Part shown: positions 34,489 to 46,872 of the stretch, in pieces
How the letters are laid out: every line of letters starts with the position of its first letter
Position numbering within the stretch: the first letter of the stretch is position 1
Source: Nemertoderma westbladi
Taxonomy: Eukaryota; Animalia; Xenacoelomorpha
Length of the DNA: 64,000 nucleotides
NCBI GenBank assembly: GCA_032718475.1
Contig: JAUCBJ010005359.1
Span: 21,582-85,581 of the forward strand
Reading direction: 5' to 3'
Notes under the pieces: generated by a model
Databases searched by the model: none
What the model was told of the DNA's origin: nothing
The model's input: the letters and a program-made list of their open reading frames with translations, nothing else
Position numbers and translations under genes: made by a program

Positions 34489-34739
34489 TCCCTGTTAACA
34501 ACTCTCCCAATATGTGATCTGCCGACTACGAGTTGGTTAGATCGAGTTTGTTGCTTAATTAAACCACGACTTTGTCTCAACTCAAATACCAGAGTTTCCT
34601 CGTAGTGGGTGCTGGCAAGCACGTAGAGAGTTTTTGAAGAGTATTGAAGGATTCTCAACTTCCACCAGTTGAAGTTGACCGTAATTATCCTTAATTTTGA
34701 CACCGTGTCAAAATTAACCGCATGAATTATTCTTAATTT

Positions 34740-36022
34740 TGTTGCCGTTATTCCTACACCAGGGGGGAAAAAACGCCGATGCTGGAGACGTGACTTAACA
34801 GACCACCGAGCCCCGGCCAGTCACCGGATATTGATTGTGGGGAGGGAATATTTTCTGAGATGCAAGTTTGTGGTCGAGAAAAAGCTGCATTAGTTGGATA
34901 TACTCTTTAATGTAACTGAACTCTGTTGAACCTTGATTAAGAATAATTTTGGGCTTCCCCAAATCAATATACACCAAATATTCACAATAATTATACACGA
35001 TAATATAAATCCCTACGGTATATTATTTAATAACCCACTGTTCGCTCAGAATTTTAGCCTACGTAATGTTCCCAGATTTTCCCTCAGTCCCAGTCTTAGT
35101 GCCGTAGTGTCGGTGTCGGTTGACCCTGTCGCGTGTCCGTTCCACCCCTCACGAACCCCGAAGGGAACGATCATCGAGAACCAGCACGGCTTGGCTAAGG
35201 GTCGGTCCAGTCGGTAGACTCTGTCGCGTATCCGTACCACCCCTCTCGAACCCCGAAGGGTTCGGTCATCGAGAACCAGTACGGCTTGGCTAGGAGTCTG
35301 TCGTGTCGGTGGACCCGTTCGCGTGTCCGTTCCACCCCTCACGAACCCCGAAGGGTTCGATCATCGAGAACCAGAACGGCTTGGCTAGGGGTCCGTCGGT
35401 TCATCACAGAAACCCAACCACCTAGGCTTTCCGAGTCCGTTTCAGGCTCGTAGTCGCTTCGGCAGCCGAGAAACTGCTCCGAACAGTCGGTAGGCCAGTA
35501 GAGTCTAGTCGAGTCTAGTCCTTTGTCTTTCGACCCCGTCGCGTGTCCACTCCACCCCTCACGAACCCCGGGGTTCGATCATCGAGAACCAGAACGGCTT
35601 GGCTACTAAGGGGCCGTCGGTGCCCGTCGCAAATCCCTGACACAAGCAGTCAGCGGTCCGAGTTCTTTTCAGTCTCGTAATGGCTGCTGTTGGCCAGGGA
35701 CCGCTAAGGGCAGTCCTTGTCCTTTAGGCCTGGCGCATTACCAAATCCACCCCTACAGGCAGCAGGAAGTTGGCCAGGGCCTAATAGTACTCAGGCTAAC
35801 CTGAATACTGCTTGCATTTTCCATCCCCCCTGGCCCTTATAACTATGAAATTATTCCCGTACCCTGTAAGTTGCCCCAAAGTTCGCCCATAAATCGCCCC
35901 CAGTTTATTGAATGTGCCCAAAACCCATGGTCCCGCACCCAGTAGTAATATCGGAATAATCAATTTTAATAAAATACAAAAATATTCAACTCGCGTTATG
36001 GAAAGTTGAAATACCGCGAACA
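34740..36022 (-). repeat. 5' LTR (1283 bp) with four hairpin repeats
   Basis: Matches the 3' LTR; candidate TATA (TATAAG, minus strand) near 35816-35821. Confidence 0.95.
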
Positions 36023-36156
36023 ATGTCTGACCATTATTCTTTATGGGGATGATGTGATCCATTATTGTTCGCGTTCGAGACGATATCGAAATCAACACAC
36101 GAATGAACTACGGACTGCGTACAACTAACTGTATAAACTGTTTATTATGGACTGAC

Positions 36157-36406
36157 CTCGTAGGTCTGCCAAGGTAGACAGCTGAGTACCGGCTCGAGAT
36201 CCTCGATGGGATGACGGGGCCATTGCAGACTATGTTTAATGTAACGCCGGTTTACTATCGCCCAATCAGAGGTGTAGCCGGCAACGCAATCGAGAACCCT
36301 GGAGTTGGCTACCACGCCCTCTCGCGGTAGGTTAGGGTGCACGGTTCGTCTTTGTCTGGAGACGCGAGATACTTCTATGTCGTCTGGAGGGAATTCTAAG
36401 AGGAAT
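36157..36406 (-). CDS. DOCK7: DOCK6/7/8-family GEF, coding exon 3
   Basis: FLLEFPPDDIEV...RTV...VLDCVAGYTSDWAIVNRRY matches the DOCK-C N-terminal domain; poly-C tract acceptor, gtcagt donor; phase 2 to 0. Confidence 0.9.
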
Positions 36407-36519
36407 CTATTGATAAGGGGGGGGGGGGGGGGGGGGTGGGGGGTCTGGTAAAGGGTAATATGGGTAAAGTTGGTCATTAAGTTGGTATGTGTGGTTTATT
36501 TGTAATGATATATGGTGTC

Positions 36520-39500
36520 TCTCGGGACGGTGATACGACACTCACCTGTGTCCTTCGGGACTGGTAATACGAAACTCACCTATGTCCCTCGGGACTGGTG
36601 ATACGAAACTCACCTGTGTCCTTCGGGACTAGTGATACGAAACTCACCTGTGTCCTTCGGGACTGCTGATACGAAACTCACCTGTGTCCCTCGGGACTGG
36701 TGATACGAAACTCACCTGTGTCCCTCGGGACTGGTAATACGAAACTCAACTGTGTCCTTGGGGACTGGTGATACGAAACTAACCTGTGTCCCTTGGGACT
36801 GGTGATACGAAACTCACCTGTGTCCCTTGGGACTGGTGATACAAAACTCACCTGTGTCCTTCGGGACTGGTGATACGAAACTCACCTGTGTCCTTGGGGA
36901 CTGGTGATACGAAACTCACCTGTGTCCTTGGGGACTGGTGATACGAAACTCACCCGTGTCCTTGGGGACTGGTGATACGAAACTCACCTGTGTCCTTGGG
37001 GACTGGTGATACGAAACTCACCTGTGTCCTTGGGGACTGGTGATACGAAACTCACCTGTGTCCTTGGGGACTGGTAATACGAAACTCACCGTGTCCTTGG
37101 GGACTGGTGAAACGAAACTCACCTGTGTTGCAGGGGACTGGTGATACGAAACTCACCTGTGTCCCTCGGACTGGTGATACGAAACTCACCTGTGTCCTTT
37201 GGGACTGGTAATACGAAACTCACCTGTGTCCCAGGGGACTGGTGATACGAAACTCGCCTGTGTCCCTCGGCACTGGTGATTCGAAATTCACCTGTGTCCT
37301 TCGGGACTGGTGATACGAAACTCACCTGTGTCCCTCGGACTGGTGATACGAAACTCACCTGTGTCCCTCGGACTGATGATACGAAACTCACCGGTGTCCT
37401 TTGGGACTGGTGATACGAAACTCACCGGTGTCCCTCGGACTCACCTGTGTCCCTCGGCACTGGAGAACTCACCTGTTTCCTTGGGGACTGGTGATACGAA
37501 ACTCACCAGTGTCCTTGGGGACTGGTGATACGAAACTCACCTGTGTCCTTGGGGACTGGTGATACGAAACTCACCAGTGTCCTTGGGGACTGGTGATACG
37601 AAACTCACCTGTGTTCCAGGAGACTGGTGATACGAAACTCACCTGTGTCCTTGGGGACTGGTGATACGAAACCCACCCATCTCCTTGGGGACTGGTGATA
37701 CGAAACTCACTTGTGTCCTTGGGGACTGGTGATACGAAACTCACATATGTCCTTGGGGACTGGTGATACTAAACTCACCGTGTCCTTGGGGACTGGTGAT
37801 ACGAAACTCACTTGTGTCCTTGGGGACTGGTGATACGAAACTCACATATGCCCTTGGGGACTGGTGATACTAAACTCACCGTGTCCTTGGGGACTGGTGA
37901 TACGAAACTCACCTGTGTCCTTGGGGACTGGTGATACGAAACTCACCTATGTCCTTGGGGACTGGTGATACGAAACTCACCTGTGTCCCTCAGACTCACC
38001 TGTATTCCTCGGACTGGTGATACGAAACTCACCTGTGTATTTGGGGACTGATGATACGAAACTCACCTGTGTCCTTGGGGACTGGTGATACGAAACTCAC
38101 CTGTGTCCTTGGGGACTGGTGATACGAAACTCACCCGTGTACTTGGAGACTGGTGATACGAAACTCACCTGTGTCCTTGGGGACTGGTGATACGAAACTC
38201 ACCTGTGTCCTTCGGGACTGGTGATACGAAACTCACCTGTGTCCTTGGGGACTGGTGATACGAAACTCACCTGTGTCCTTCGGGACTGGTGATACGAAAC
38301 TCACCCGTGTACTTGGAGACTGGTGATACGAAACTCACCTGTGTCCTTGGGGACTGGTGATACGAAACTCACCTGTGTCCTTCGGGACTGGTGATACGAA
38401 ACTCACCTGTGTCCTTGGGGACTGGTGATACGAAACTCACCTGTGTCCTTCGGGACTGGTGATACGAAACTCACCTGTGTCCTTCGGGACTGGTGATACG
38501 AAACTCACCTGTGTCCTTGGGGACTGGTGATACGAAACTCACCCGTGTACTTGGAGACTGGTGATACGAAACTCACCTGTGTCCTTGGGGACTGGTGATA
38601 TGAAACTCACCTGCGTCCTTGGGGACTGGTGATACGAAACTCACCTGTGTCCTTGGGGACTGGTGATACGAAACTCACCCGTGTCCTTGGGGACTGGTGA
38701 TACGAAACTCACCTGTGTCCTTGGGGACTGGTGATACGAAACTCACCTGTGTCCTTGGGGACTGGTGATACGAAACTCACCTGTGTCCCTCGGACTCACC
38801 TGTGTCCTTGGGGACTGGTGATACGAAACTCACCTGTGTCCCTCGGACTCACCTGTGTCCTTGGGGACTGGTGATACGAAACTCACCTGTGTCCTTGGGG
38901 ACTGGTGATACGAAACCCACCCGTGTCCTTGGGGACTGGTGATACGAAACTCACCTGTGTCCCTCGAACTCACCTGTGACCTTGGGGACTGGTGATACGA
39001 AACTCACCTGTGTCCTTGGGGACTGGTGATACGAAACCCACCCGTGTCCTTGGGGACTGGTGATACGAAACTCACCTGTTTCCTTGGGGACTGGTGATAC
39101 GAAACTCGCCTGTGTCCCTCGGTACTGGTGATTCGAAATTCACCTGTGTCCTTCGGGACTGGTGATACGAAACTCACCTGTGTCCCTCGGACTGGTGATA
39201 CGAAACTCACCTGTGTCCCTCGGACTGATGATACGAAACTCACCGGTGTCCTTTGGGACTGGTGATACGAAACTCACCGGTGTCCCTCGGACTCACCTGT
39301 GTCCCTCGGCACTGGAGAACTCACCTGTTTCCTTGGGGACTGGTGATACGAAACTCACCAGTGTCCTTGGGGACTGGTGATACGAAACTCACCTGTGTCC
39401 TTGGGGACTGGTGATACGAAACTCACCAGTGTCCTTGGGGACTGGTGATACGAAACTCACCCGTGTCCTTGGGGACTGGTGATACGAAACTCACCTGTGT

Positions 39501-41263
39501 CCTTGGGGACTGGTGATACGAAACTCACCTGTGTCCTTGGGGACTGGTGATACGAAACTCACCTGTGTCCCTCGGACTCACCTGTGTCCCTCGGCACTGG
39601 AGAACTCAACTGTTTCCTTGGGGACTGGTGATACGAAACTCACCAGTGTCCTTGGGGACTGGTGATACGAAACTCACCTGTGTCCTTGGGGACTGGTGAT
39701 ACGAAACTCACCAGTGTCCTTGGGGACTGGTGATACGAAACTCACCCGTGTCCTTGGGGACTGGTGATACGAAACTCACCTGTGTCCTTGGGGACTGGTG
39801 ATACGAAACTCACCAGTGTCCTTGGGGACTGGTGATACGAAACTCACCCGTGTCCTTGGGGACTGGTGATACGAAACTCACCTGTGTCCTTGGGGACTGG
39901 TGATACGAAACTCACCGGTGTCCTTTGGGACTGGTGATACGAAACTCACCGGTGTCCCTCGGACTCACCTGTGTCCCTCGGCACTGGAGAACTCACCTGT
40001 TTCCTTGGGGACTGGTGATACGAAACTCACATATGTCCTTGGGGACTGGTGATACTAAACTCACCGTGTCCTTGGGGACTGGTGATACGAAACTCACTTG
40101 TGTCCTTGGGGACTGGTGATACGAAACTCACATATGTCCTTGGGGACTGGTGATACTAAACTCACCGTGTCCTTGGGGACTGGTGATACGAAACTCACCT
40201 GTGTCCTTGGGGACTGGTGATACGAAACTCACCTATGTCCTTGGGGACTGGTGATACGAAACTCACCTGTGTCCCTCAGACTCACCTGTATTCCTCGGAC
40301 TGGTGATACGAAACTCACCTGTGTATTTGGGGATTGATGATACGAAACTCACCTGTGTCCTTGGGGACTGGTGATACGAAACTCACCTGTGTCCTTGGGG
40401 ACTGGTGATACGAAACTCACCCGTGTACTTGGAGACTGGTGATACGAAACTCACCTGTGTCCTTGGGGACTGGTGATATGAAACTCACCTGCGTCCTTGG
40501 GGACTGGTGATACGAAACTCACCTGTGTCCTTGGGGACTGGTGATACGAAACTCACCCGTGTCCTTGGGGACTGGTGATACGAAACTCACCTGTGTCCTT
40601 GGGGACTGGTGATACGAAACTCACCTGTGTCCTTGGGGACTGGTGATACGAAACTCACCTGTGTCCCTCGGACTCACCTGTGTCCTTGGGGACTGGTGAT
40701 ACGAAACTCACCTGTGTCCCTCGGACTCACCTGTGTCCTTGGGGACTGGTGATACGAAACTCACCTGTGTCCTTGGGGACTGGTGATACGAAACCCACCC
40801 GTTTCCTTGGGGACTGGTGATACGAAACTCACCTGTGTCCCTCGAACTCACCTGTTACCTTGGGGACTGGTGATACGAAACTCACCTGTGTCCTTGGGGA
40901 CTGGTGATACGAAACCCACCCGTGTCCTTGGGGACTGGTGATACGAAACTCACCTGTTTCCTTGGGGACTGGTGATACGAAACTCACCTGTGTCCCTCGA
41001 ACTCACCTGTGACCTTGGGGACTGGTGATACGAAACTCACCTGTGTCCTTGGGGACTGGTGATACGAAACCCACCCATGTCCTTGGGGACTGGTGATACG
41101 AAACTCACCTGTGTCCTTGGGGACTGGTGATACGAAACTCACCTGTGTCCCTCGGACTCACCTGTGTTCCTCGGACTCACCTGTGTCCCTCGGACTCACC
41201 TGTGTCCCTCGAACTCACCTGTGTCACTCGGACTGGTGATAAGAAACTCACCTGTGTCCTTCG
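36520..41263 (-). repeat. 34-bp minisatellite (roughly 140 units, with 19-bp variants) built from the DOCK exon-2/intron-2 junction
   Basis: Minus-strand unit GTGAGTTTCGTATCACCAGTCCCCAAGGACACAG; the exon ends ...GAAGGACACAG|gtgagtttc. Confidence 0.95.
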
Positions 41264-41415
41264 GATTCGGCACGAGCGAGACTTTGTGTGACGAATATTT
41301 CAAAGTCCACCGGATCTACGACATCTAGCTTTGCGAGGGCTGGTAGCGCAGAACCAACGCTGGATGGCGTCTTAGAAGGACTAGTGTGCTGGGTGTGTCG
41401 AGCCTGACTCGCAAT
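41252..41415 (-). CDS. DOCK7: DOCK6/7/8-family GEF, coding exon 2
   Basis: IASQ...LDVVDPVDFEIFV resembles DOCK7 EAVDPVDLEDYL; cctag acceptor, gtgagt donor; phase 0 to 2. Confidence 0.85.
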
Positions 41416-41877
41416 CTAGGATTCAGAACATATTACCAGCACATAGAAATAGAAGGACAGATAAAATGTTATTTTGTACATGTTTGTATATTATCATAAA
41501 GGTCCATTTCCGAAATAAAACATACGGTTAAGGTACCGCATTTAGATAACCTTATACAAACTAGCAGACACAACACTTAACGACGTAACAATTTATACCG
41601 GTAGCGGTAATACTAAACGAAAATACAAAGGAAACTTGAAGCAGATTAAATTTTGTAACATCGGTATGGAATTATGCAACTATCTAAATTTTAATTTACA
41701 GTAATAGTAATATCAGGTGACAGGTGCCAACTTCGGTTCGGTAGAATGGCGAATAGGCCTTATATCACACAAAGCAATAGGACTAACACACTAACGACAC
41801 ACCAAACACAAACAGTTGTTTTTGTTACTAATCATGCTTATAGTTAGTGTTTTATCTGTATATATTATTTTGCTAAC

Positions 41878-41964
41878 CTGTTTACGTATTTCCGCTGCAG
41901 GTTGGTTGCGGTTTAACTTATGTGCGAAGGCTCGTCTTCCACCACCAGTACCAGCACCGGACAT
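41878..41964 (-). CDS. DOCK7: DOCK6/7/8-family GEF, first coding exon
   Basis: MSGAGTGGGRRAFAHKLNRNQPAAEIRKQ matches the DOCK6/7 N-terminus (RRAFAxKIxRxxAAEVRKQ); donor gttagc. Confidence 0.9.
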
Positions 41965-42878
41965 TGTTCAAATTTTGAGTGTCGCTGGCACGCTAGCTTA
42001 CGTTACTTAGTCCTACAAATACGGGTGATGTTGTGTATAAAATAGTTTGAAGAAGTATCTTCAATAATGATAATTACGGTAACAGGCAGACAGACGTGGG
42101 GAAACTGCAGGAGACTGGCACCCTGGTGGCAGGTGGGGCTATAGACAATAGACTATTATTATAGCCTAGCAGCCTAGTGAGCTAGACAAAATTTGCCGAA
42201 TAGGCAGATAGGCCTGATGCCCGAGGAAGGGCTAGCGCAAGGCAGAATGCAGGAGGCCTAGATTCTGAGAAATCTTTTTAAAAAATGTTAGATTGACTTA
42301 CACAATCAGACCACACCGTGTGTCAGTTTGCGTATGCTGTGCCCGTACTGTAATAGCGCAAATAAGAAAACATTGCACAGTTCAGCAATTGCAGGACTGA
42401 ACGAAGAATCTGATATCAGTCAACAGGCAGACAGGATTCAGGAACTGGACGACTAATGCTGCATGTACCGTACCACCTTGGCCTAACTAAAATTATCAAG
42501 TGCAATTCGAATTCCCCTCCAACAATAATTAATTACATAGAACATCGCAATTAGTCATGGCAACGCCACCCACCTCGCAAATCTGTTAAATACCCCAGGG
42601 TGGGCAGACACAACAATTTAACGGCTACACACGAGCGTGGCCAAACTCGACCAACACTACAGCCAAATACGAGGGTTTAGCGGCTACACCCGAGTATTAG
42701 TGGCTGTTTACGATCCGGGGTAGTGTGACCAAACAAGAGCGGTACCAGTAGTCGTTAGTGGCCAACCAACCGCAGTTTCCGGCGTAATGACCCCACTTGG
42801 CCACTTGTATTTATATATCAGCGAGGGAGGTATTTAATAACGCTGAAAGAATAATTTATTGTGCCCTATTCATTTAAT

Positions 42879-45138
42879 TGTACAACCAGGGGGGTTAACG
42901 CCATCTGTACCAACCAGGGGGTGAACCCTAACCGTTGTATCAACCAGGGATGAACCCCATCCGTTGTACCAACCAGGGGAGTAAACGCCATCCGTTGTAC
43001 CAACCATGGGGGTGAACGCCATCCTTTGTACCAACCAGGGGTGAACCCCATCCGTTGTACCAACCACAGGGGGGTGAACCCCATCCGTTGTGCCAACCAG
43101 GGGGGTGAACGCCATCCGTTGTACCAACCAGGGGTGAACCCCATCCGTTGTACCAACCACAGGGGGGTGAACCCCATCCGTTGTACCAACCAGGGGGTGA
43201 ACGCCATCCTTTGTACCAACCAGGGGGGTGAACGCCATCCTTTGTACCAACCAGGGGTGAACCCCATCCGTTGTACCAACCATACAGGGGGGTGAACCCC
43301 ATCCGTTGTGCCAACCAGGGGGGTCAACGCCATCCGTTGTACCAACCAGGGGTGAACCCCATCCGTTGTACCAACCACAGGGGGGTGAACCCCATCCGTT
43401 GTACCAACCAGGGGGTGAACGCCATCCTTTGTACCAACCAGGGGGGTGAACGCAATCCGTTGTACCAACCAGGGGGTGAACCCCTTCCGTTGTACCAACC
43501 ACAGGGGGGTGAACCCCATGGGTTGTACCAACCAGGGTGTGAACGCCATCCTTTGTACCAACCAGGGGTGAACCCCATCCGTTGTACCAACCACAGGGGT
43601 GTGAACGCCATCCGTTGTACCAACCAGGGGGTGAACCTCATCCGTTGTACCAACCACAGGGGGGTGAACCCCATCCGTTGTACCAACCAGGGGGTGAACG
43701 CCATCCTTTGTACCAACCAGGGGGTGAACGCCATCCTTTGTACCAACCAGGAGTGAACCCCATCCGTTGTACCAACCAGGGGGTGAACTCCATTCGTTGT
43801 ACCAACCAGGGGAGTGAACCGCACCCGTTGTACCAACCAGGGGGTGAACTCCATCCGTTGTACCAACCAGGGGTGTGCACGCCATCCGTTGTACCAACCA
43901 GGAGGGATGTGCACGCCATCCGTTGTGCCAACCAGGGGGATGAATGCCATCCGTTGTACCAACCAGGGGTTGAACCCCATCCGTTGTACTAACCACAGGG
44001 GGGGTGATCGCCATCCGTTGTGCCAACCAGGAGGGTGAACCCCATCCGTTGTACCAACCACAGGGGGTGAACCCCATCCGTTGTACCAACCAGGAAGTGA
44101 ACGCCTTCCTTTGTACCAACCAGGAGTGAACCCCATCCGTTGTACCAACCAGGGGGGTGAACGCCATCCTTTGTACCAACCAGGGGGGTGAACGCCATCC
44201 GTTGTACCAACCAGGGGGTGATCCCATCCGTTGTACCAACCACAGGGGGGGGGGGGATGAACGCCATCCGTTGTACCAACCAGGGGAGTGAACCCCATCC
44301 GTTATGTACCAACCAGGTGGTGAACTCCATCCGTTGTACCAACCAGAGGAGTGAACCCCATCCGTTGTACCAACCAGGTGGTGAACTCCATCCGTTGTAC
44401 CAACCAGGGGTGTGCACGCCATCCGTTGTACCAACCAGGAGGGATGTGCACGCCATCCGTTGTGCCAACCAGGGGGGTGAACGCCATCCGTTGTACCAAC
44501 CAGGGGTTAACCCCATCCGTTGTACCAACCAGGGGGTGAACGCCATCCTTTGTACCAACCAGGGGGGTGAACGCCATCCGTTGTACCAACCAGGGGGTGA
44601 TCCCATCCGTTGTACCAACCACAGGGGGGGGGGGGGGGGGTGAACGCCATCCGTTGTACCAACCAGGGGAGTGAACCCCATCCGTTATGTACCAACCAGG
44701 TGGTGAACTCCATCCGTTGTACCAACCAGAGGAGTGAACCCCATCCGTTGTACCAACCAGGTGGTGAACTCCATCCGTTGTACCAACCAGGGGTGTGCAC
44801 GCCATCCGTTGTACCAACCAGGAGGGATGTGCACGCCATCCGTTGTGCCAACCAGGGGAGTGAACGCCTTACGTTGTATCAAGCAGGGGTTGTACCCCAT
44901 CCGTTGTACCAACCACAGGGGGGGGGGGGGGAACGCCATCCGTTGTACCAACCAGGGGGTGAACTCCATCCGTTGTACCAACCAGGGGAGTGAACCCCAT
45001 CCGTTGTACCAACCACAGTGGGGGTGAACTCCATCCGTTGTACCAACCAGGGGTGTGAACGCCATCCGTTGTACCAAGCAGGGGGTGAACGCCATCCTTT
45101 GTACCGCAACCAGGGGGGTGAACGCCATCCGTTGTACA
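42879..45138. repeat. ~30-35-bp minisatellite (about 70 units)
   Basis: Unit ccatccgttgtaccaacca(ca)gggggtgaac(g/c) with variable G-run. Confidence 0.95.
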
Positions 45139-45149
45139 TTGCTGCAGTA

Positions 45150-45500
45150 GTATTTATTTTGGGGTATATTTATTTATTTTGGTCAAAAATGTATTTGTTT
45201 TGGGGGGAAATGTACTTTTATTTTGGGGATAATGTATTTTTTTTGGAAAATTTGTAATTATTTTGGGTGTTTTGTCATTTATTTTTGTGCTAATAATTGG
45301 TTTTGGGGAGCTTTTATTTATTTTGGTATTGAATAATTTTGTTTTGGTGTTGAATAATTGTTTTTGGTGTTGAAAAATTTGTTTTGGTGTTTGAATAATT
45401 TTATTTGTGGTGACTTTATTTTATTTGGTGTTGAATAATTTTTTTGGGGTCACATTATTTAATTTGGTGTAAAATAATTTTTTTTGGTGAAATTTTCATC
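45150..45500. repeat. T-rich low-complexity degenerate repeat
   Basis: Recurring ttttggtgttgaataatt. Confidence 0.6.
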
Positions 45501-46195
45501 AATTTAGGGATGACTTTAATTGGTAGCCTATTTGTTATACCATGTTTGGGCATTATCAATGTCATTTGGGCATTGCTCTATATGAAAGAAAGGTGAAATC
45601 CTAATACCAAATCTTTAAGGTTGTGGTTTAACCCTCATTCCATTGTTAACTCAAGGTTATCCTATAGTTATATGTAGCTACTGTGGGCAGAGGCCAAATC
45701 TGGGGGGCAAACCCATAACTGGGATTTGGGGAGCATACAAAAAAGTGAGAGTTAATTTAGTACATAAAGTAAAATCAATATTGTTGAAATGTGTGTGGGG
45801 CGAGCCACGAATTTGGCGGAGCCTTGGCGAATTGACACTGTTAAGGAGAATGTCAATAATGGCAAATAGTTGTTGACGTAACTATTTTGACATTAAATAA
45901 CTTTGTCAGATTTAAAGCTGTCGAATTGAAAATTTGTAGGCATAAATATGTCCAAAACTTGACATTATTTAGCGACTTTAGACCCAACAGTTCAACAGTC
46001 TCCCGCTAGATGGCTACATGTCTAAACATTAAATGTCCTCCCATTTCTTTGCTTTTAAACCGTTTAACCTGAAACTTGGCAGAATTGTAGTCGACCATTA
46101 GCTGTTTCATTTAAACTTTTTCTGAGGTATAACCCTTCGTTTCTCAAACAGATGATTCCTCTGAGGTCAATTTTGACCTCAGGTAAATGAGAGGG

Positions 46196-46872
46196 TGGGG
46201 GGTGTCCAAAAACACTTGTCGAATTTAAACTCAGTTTGCACATCAGATGTCATCAAATGGGCCCAAACTTCGATAGATACCTAAATTTTGATTTGGGGAT
46301 GAAAGGAAATATTCCCACAGGCACATGGCCAGTTCCCGCCCTTGGCGCAAGTGAGTGATATTCCCCATTTTTGTGATGATCAACTTCTACTGTATTATTC
46401 CTACTGCATTGATATTTATGCTCAATAGAACCGCAATGACAGATTTAGGTGGTGTAGACACCTTCAAAACAAGCATAGAGCGAATAGTTTTTGAGATATT
46501 GCAGATAATGTGAAGTCCGGCACAAGTCAAAATTAGCGCCTTGATGCAATATGGACAAATACCTGACAAATATCTCAAAACCTATTCGCTCTATGCGTGT
46601 TTTGAAGGTGTCTACAACAACTAAATCGGTCATTGCGGTTCTAAAAGAGCATAATATCAATGTAGTAGGAATACTAGAAGTTGATCATCACAAAAATGGG
46701 GAATATGACTCACTTGTGCCAAGAAGGGCGGGAACTGGCCATGTGCATTTGGGAATATTTCCTGTCATCCCCAAATCAAAATTTTGGTATCTATCGAAGT
46801 TTGGGCCCATTTGATGACATCTGATGTGCAAACTGAGTTTAAATTCGACAAGTTTTTTTGGACACCCCCCAT
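46196..46872. mobile_element. Palindromic MITE-like element
   Basis: 46196-46500 is the near-perfect reverse complement of 46570-46872. Confidence 0.8.

Larger units (their letters stand above)
21983..36022 (-). mobile_element. Full-length BEL/Pao LTR retrotransposon with an extra ORF, inserted in DOCK intron 3 in sense orientation
   Basis: TG...CA LTRs, 5-bp TSD ATGTC (21978-21982 and 36023-36027), intact gag-pol, G-rich PPT next to the 3' LTR. Confidence 0.97.

Noticed and set aside
36520-41263. CRISPR-like appearance of ~34-bp repeats (also 42879-45138)
   Set aside because: Head-to-tail units with no unique spacers, no cas genes, eukaryotic context
42866-45139. Long ORFs (up to 522 aa) across the minisatellite
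   Set aside because: Translations of a stop-poor repeat in several frames; no protein signal
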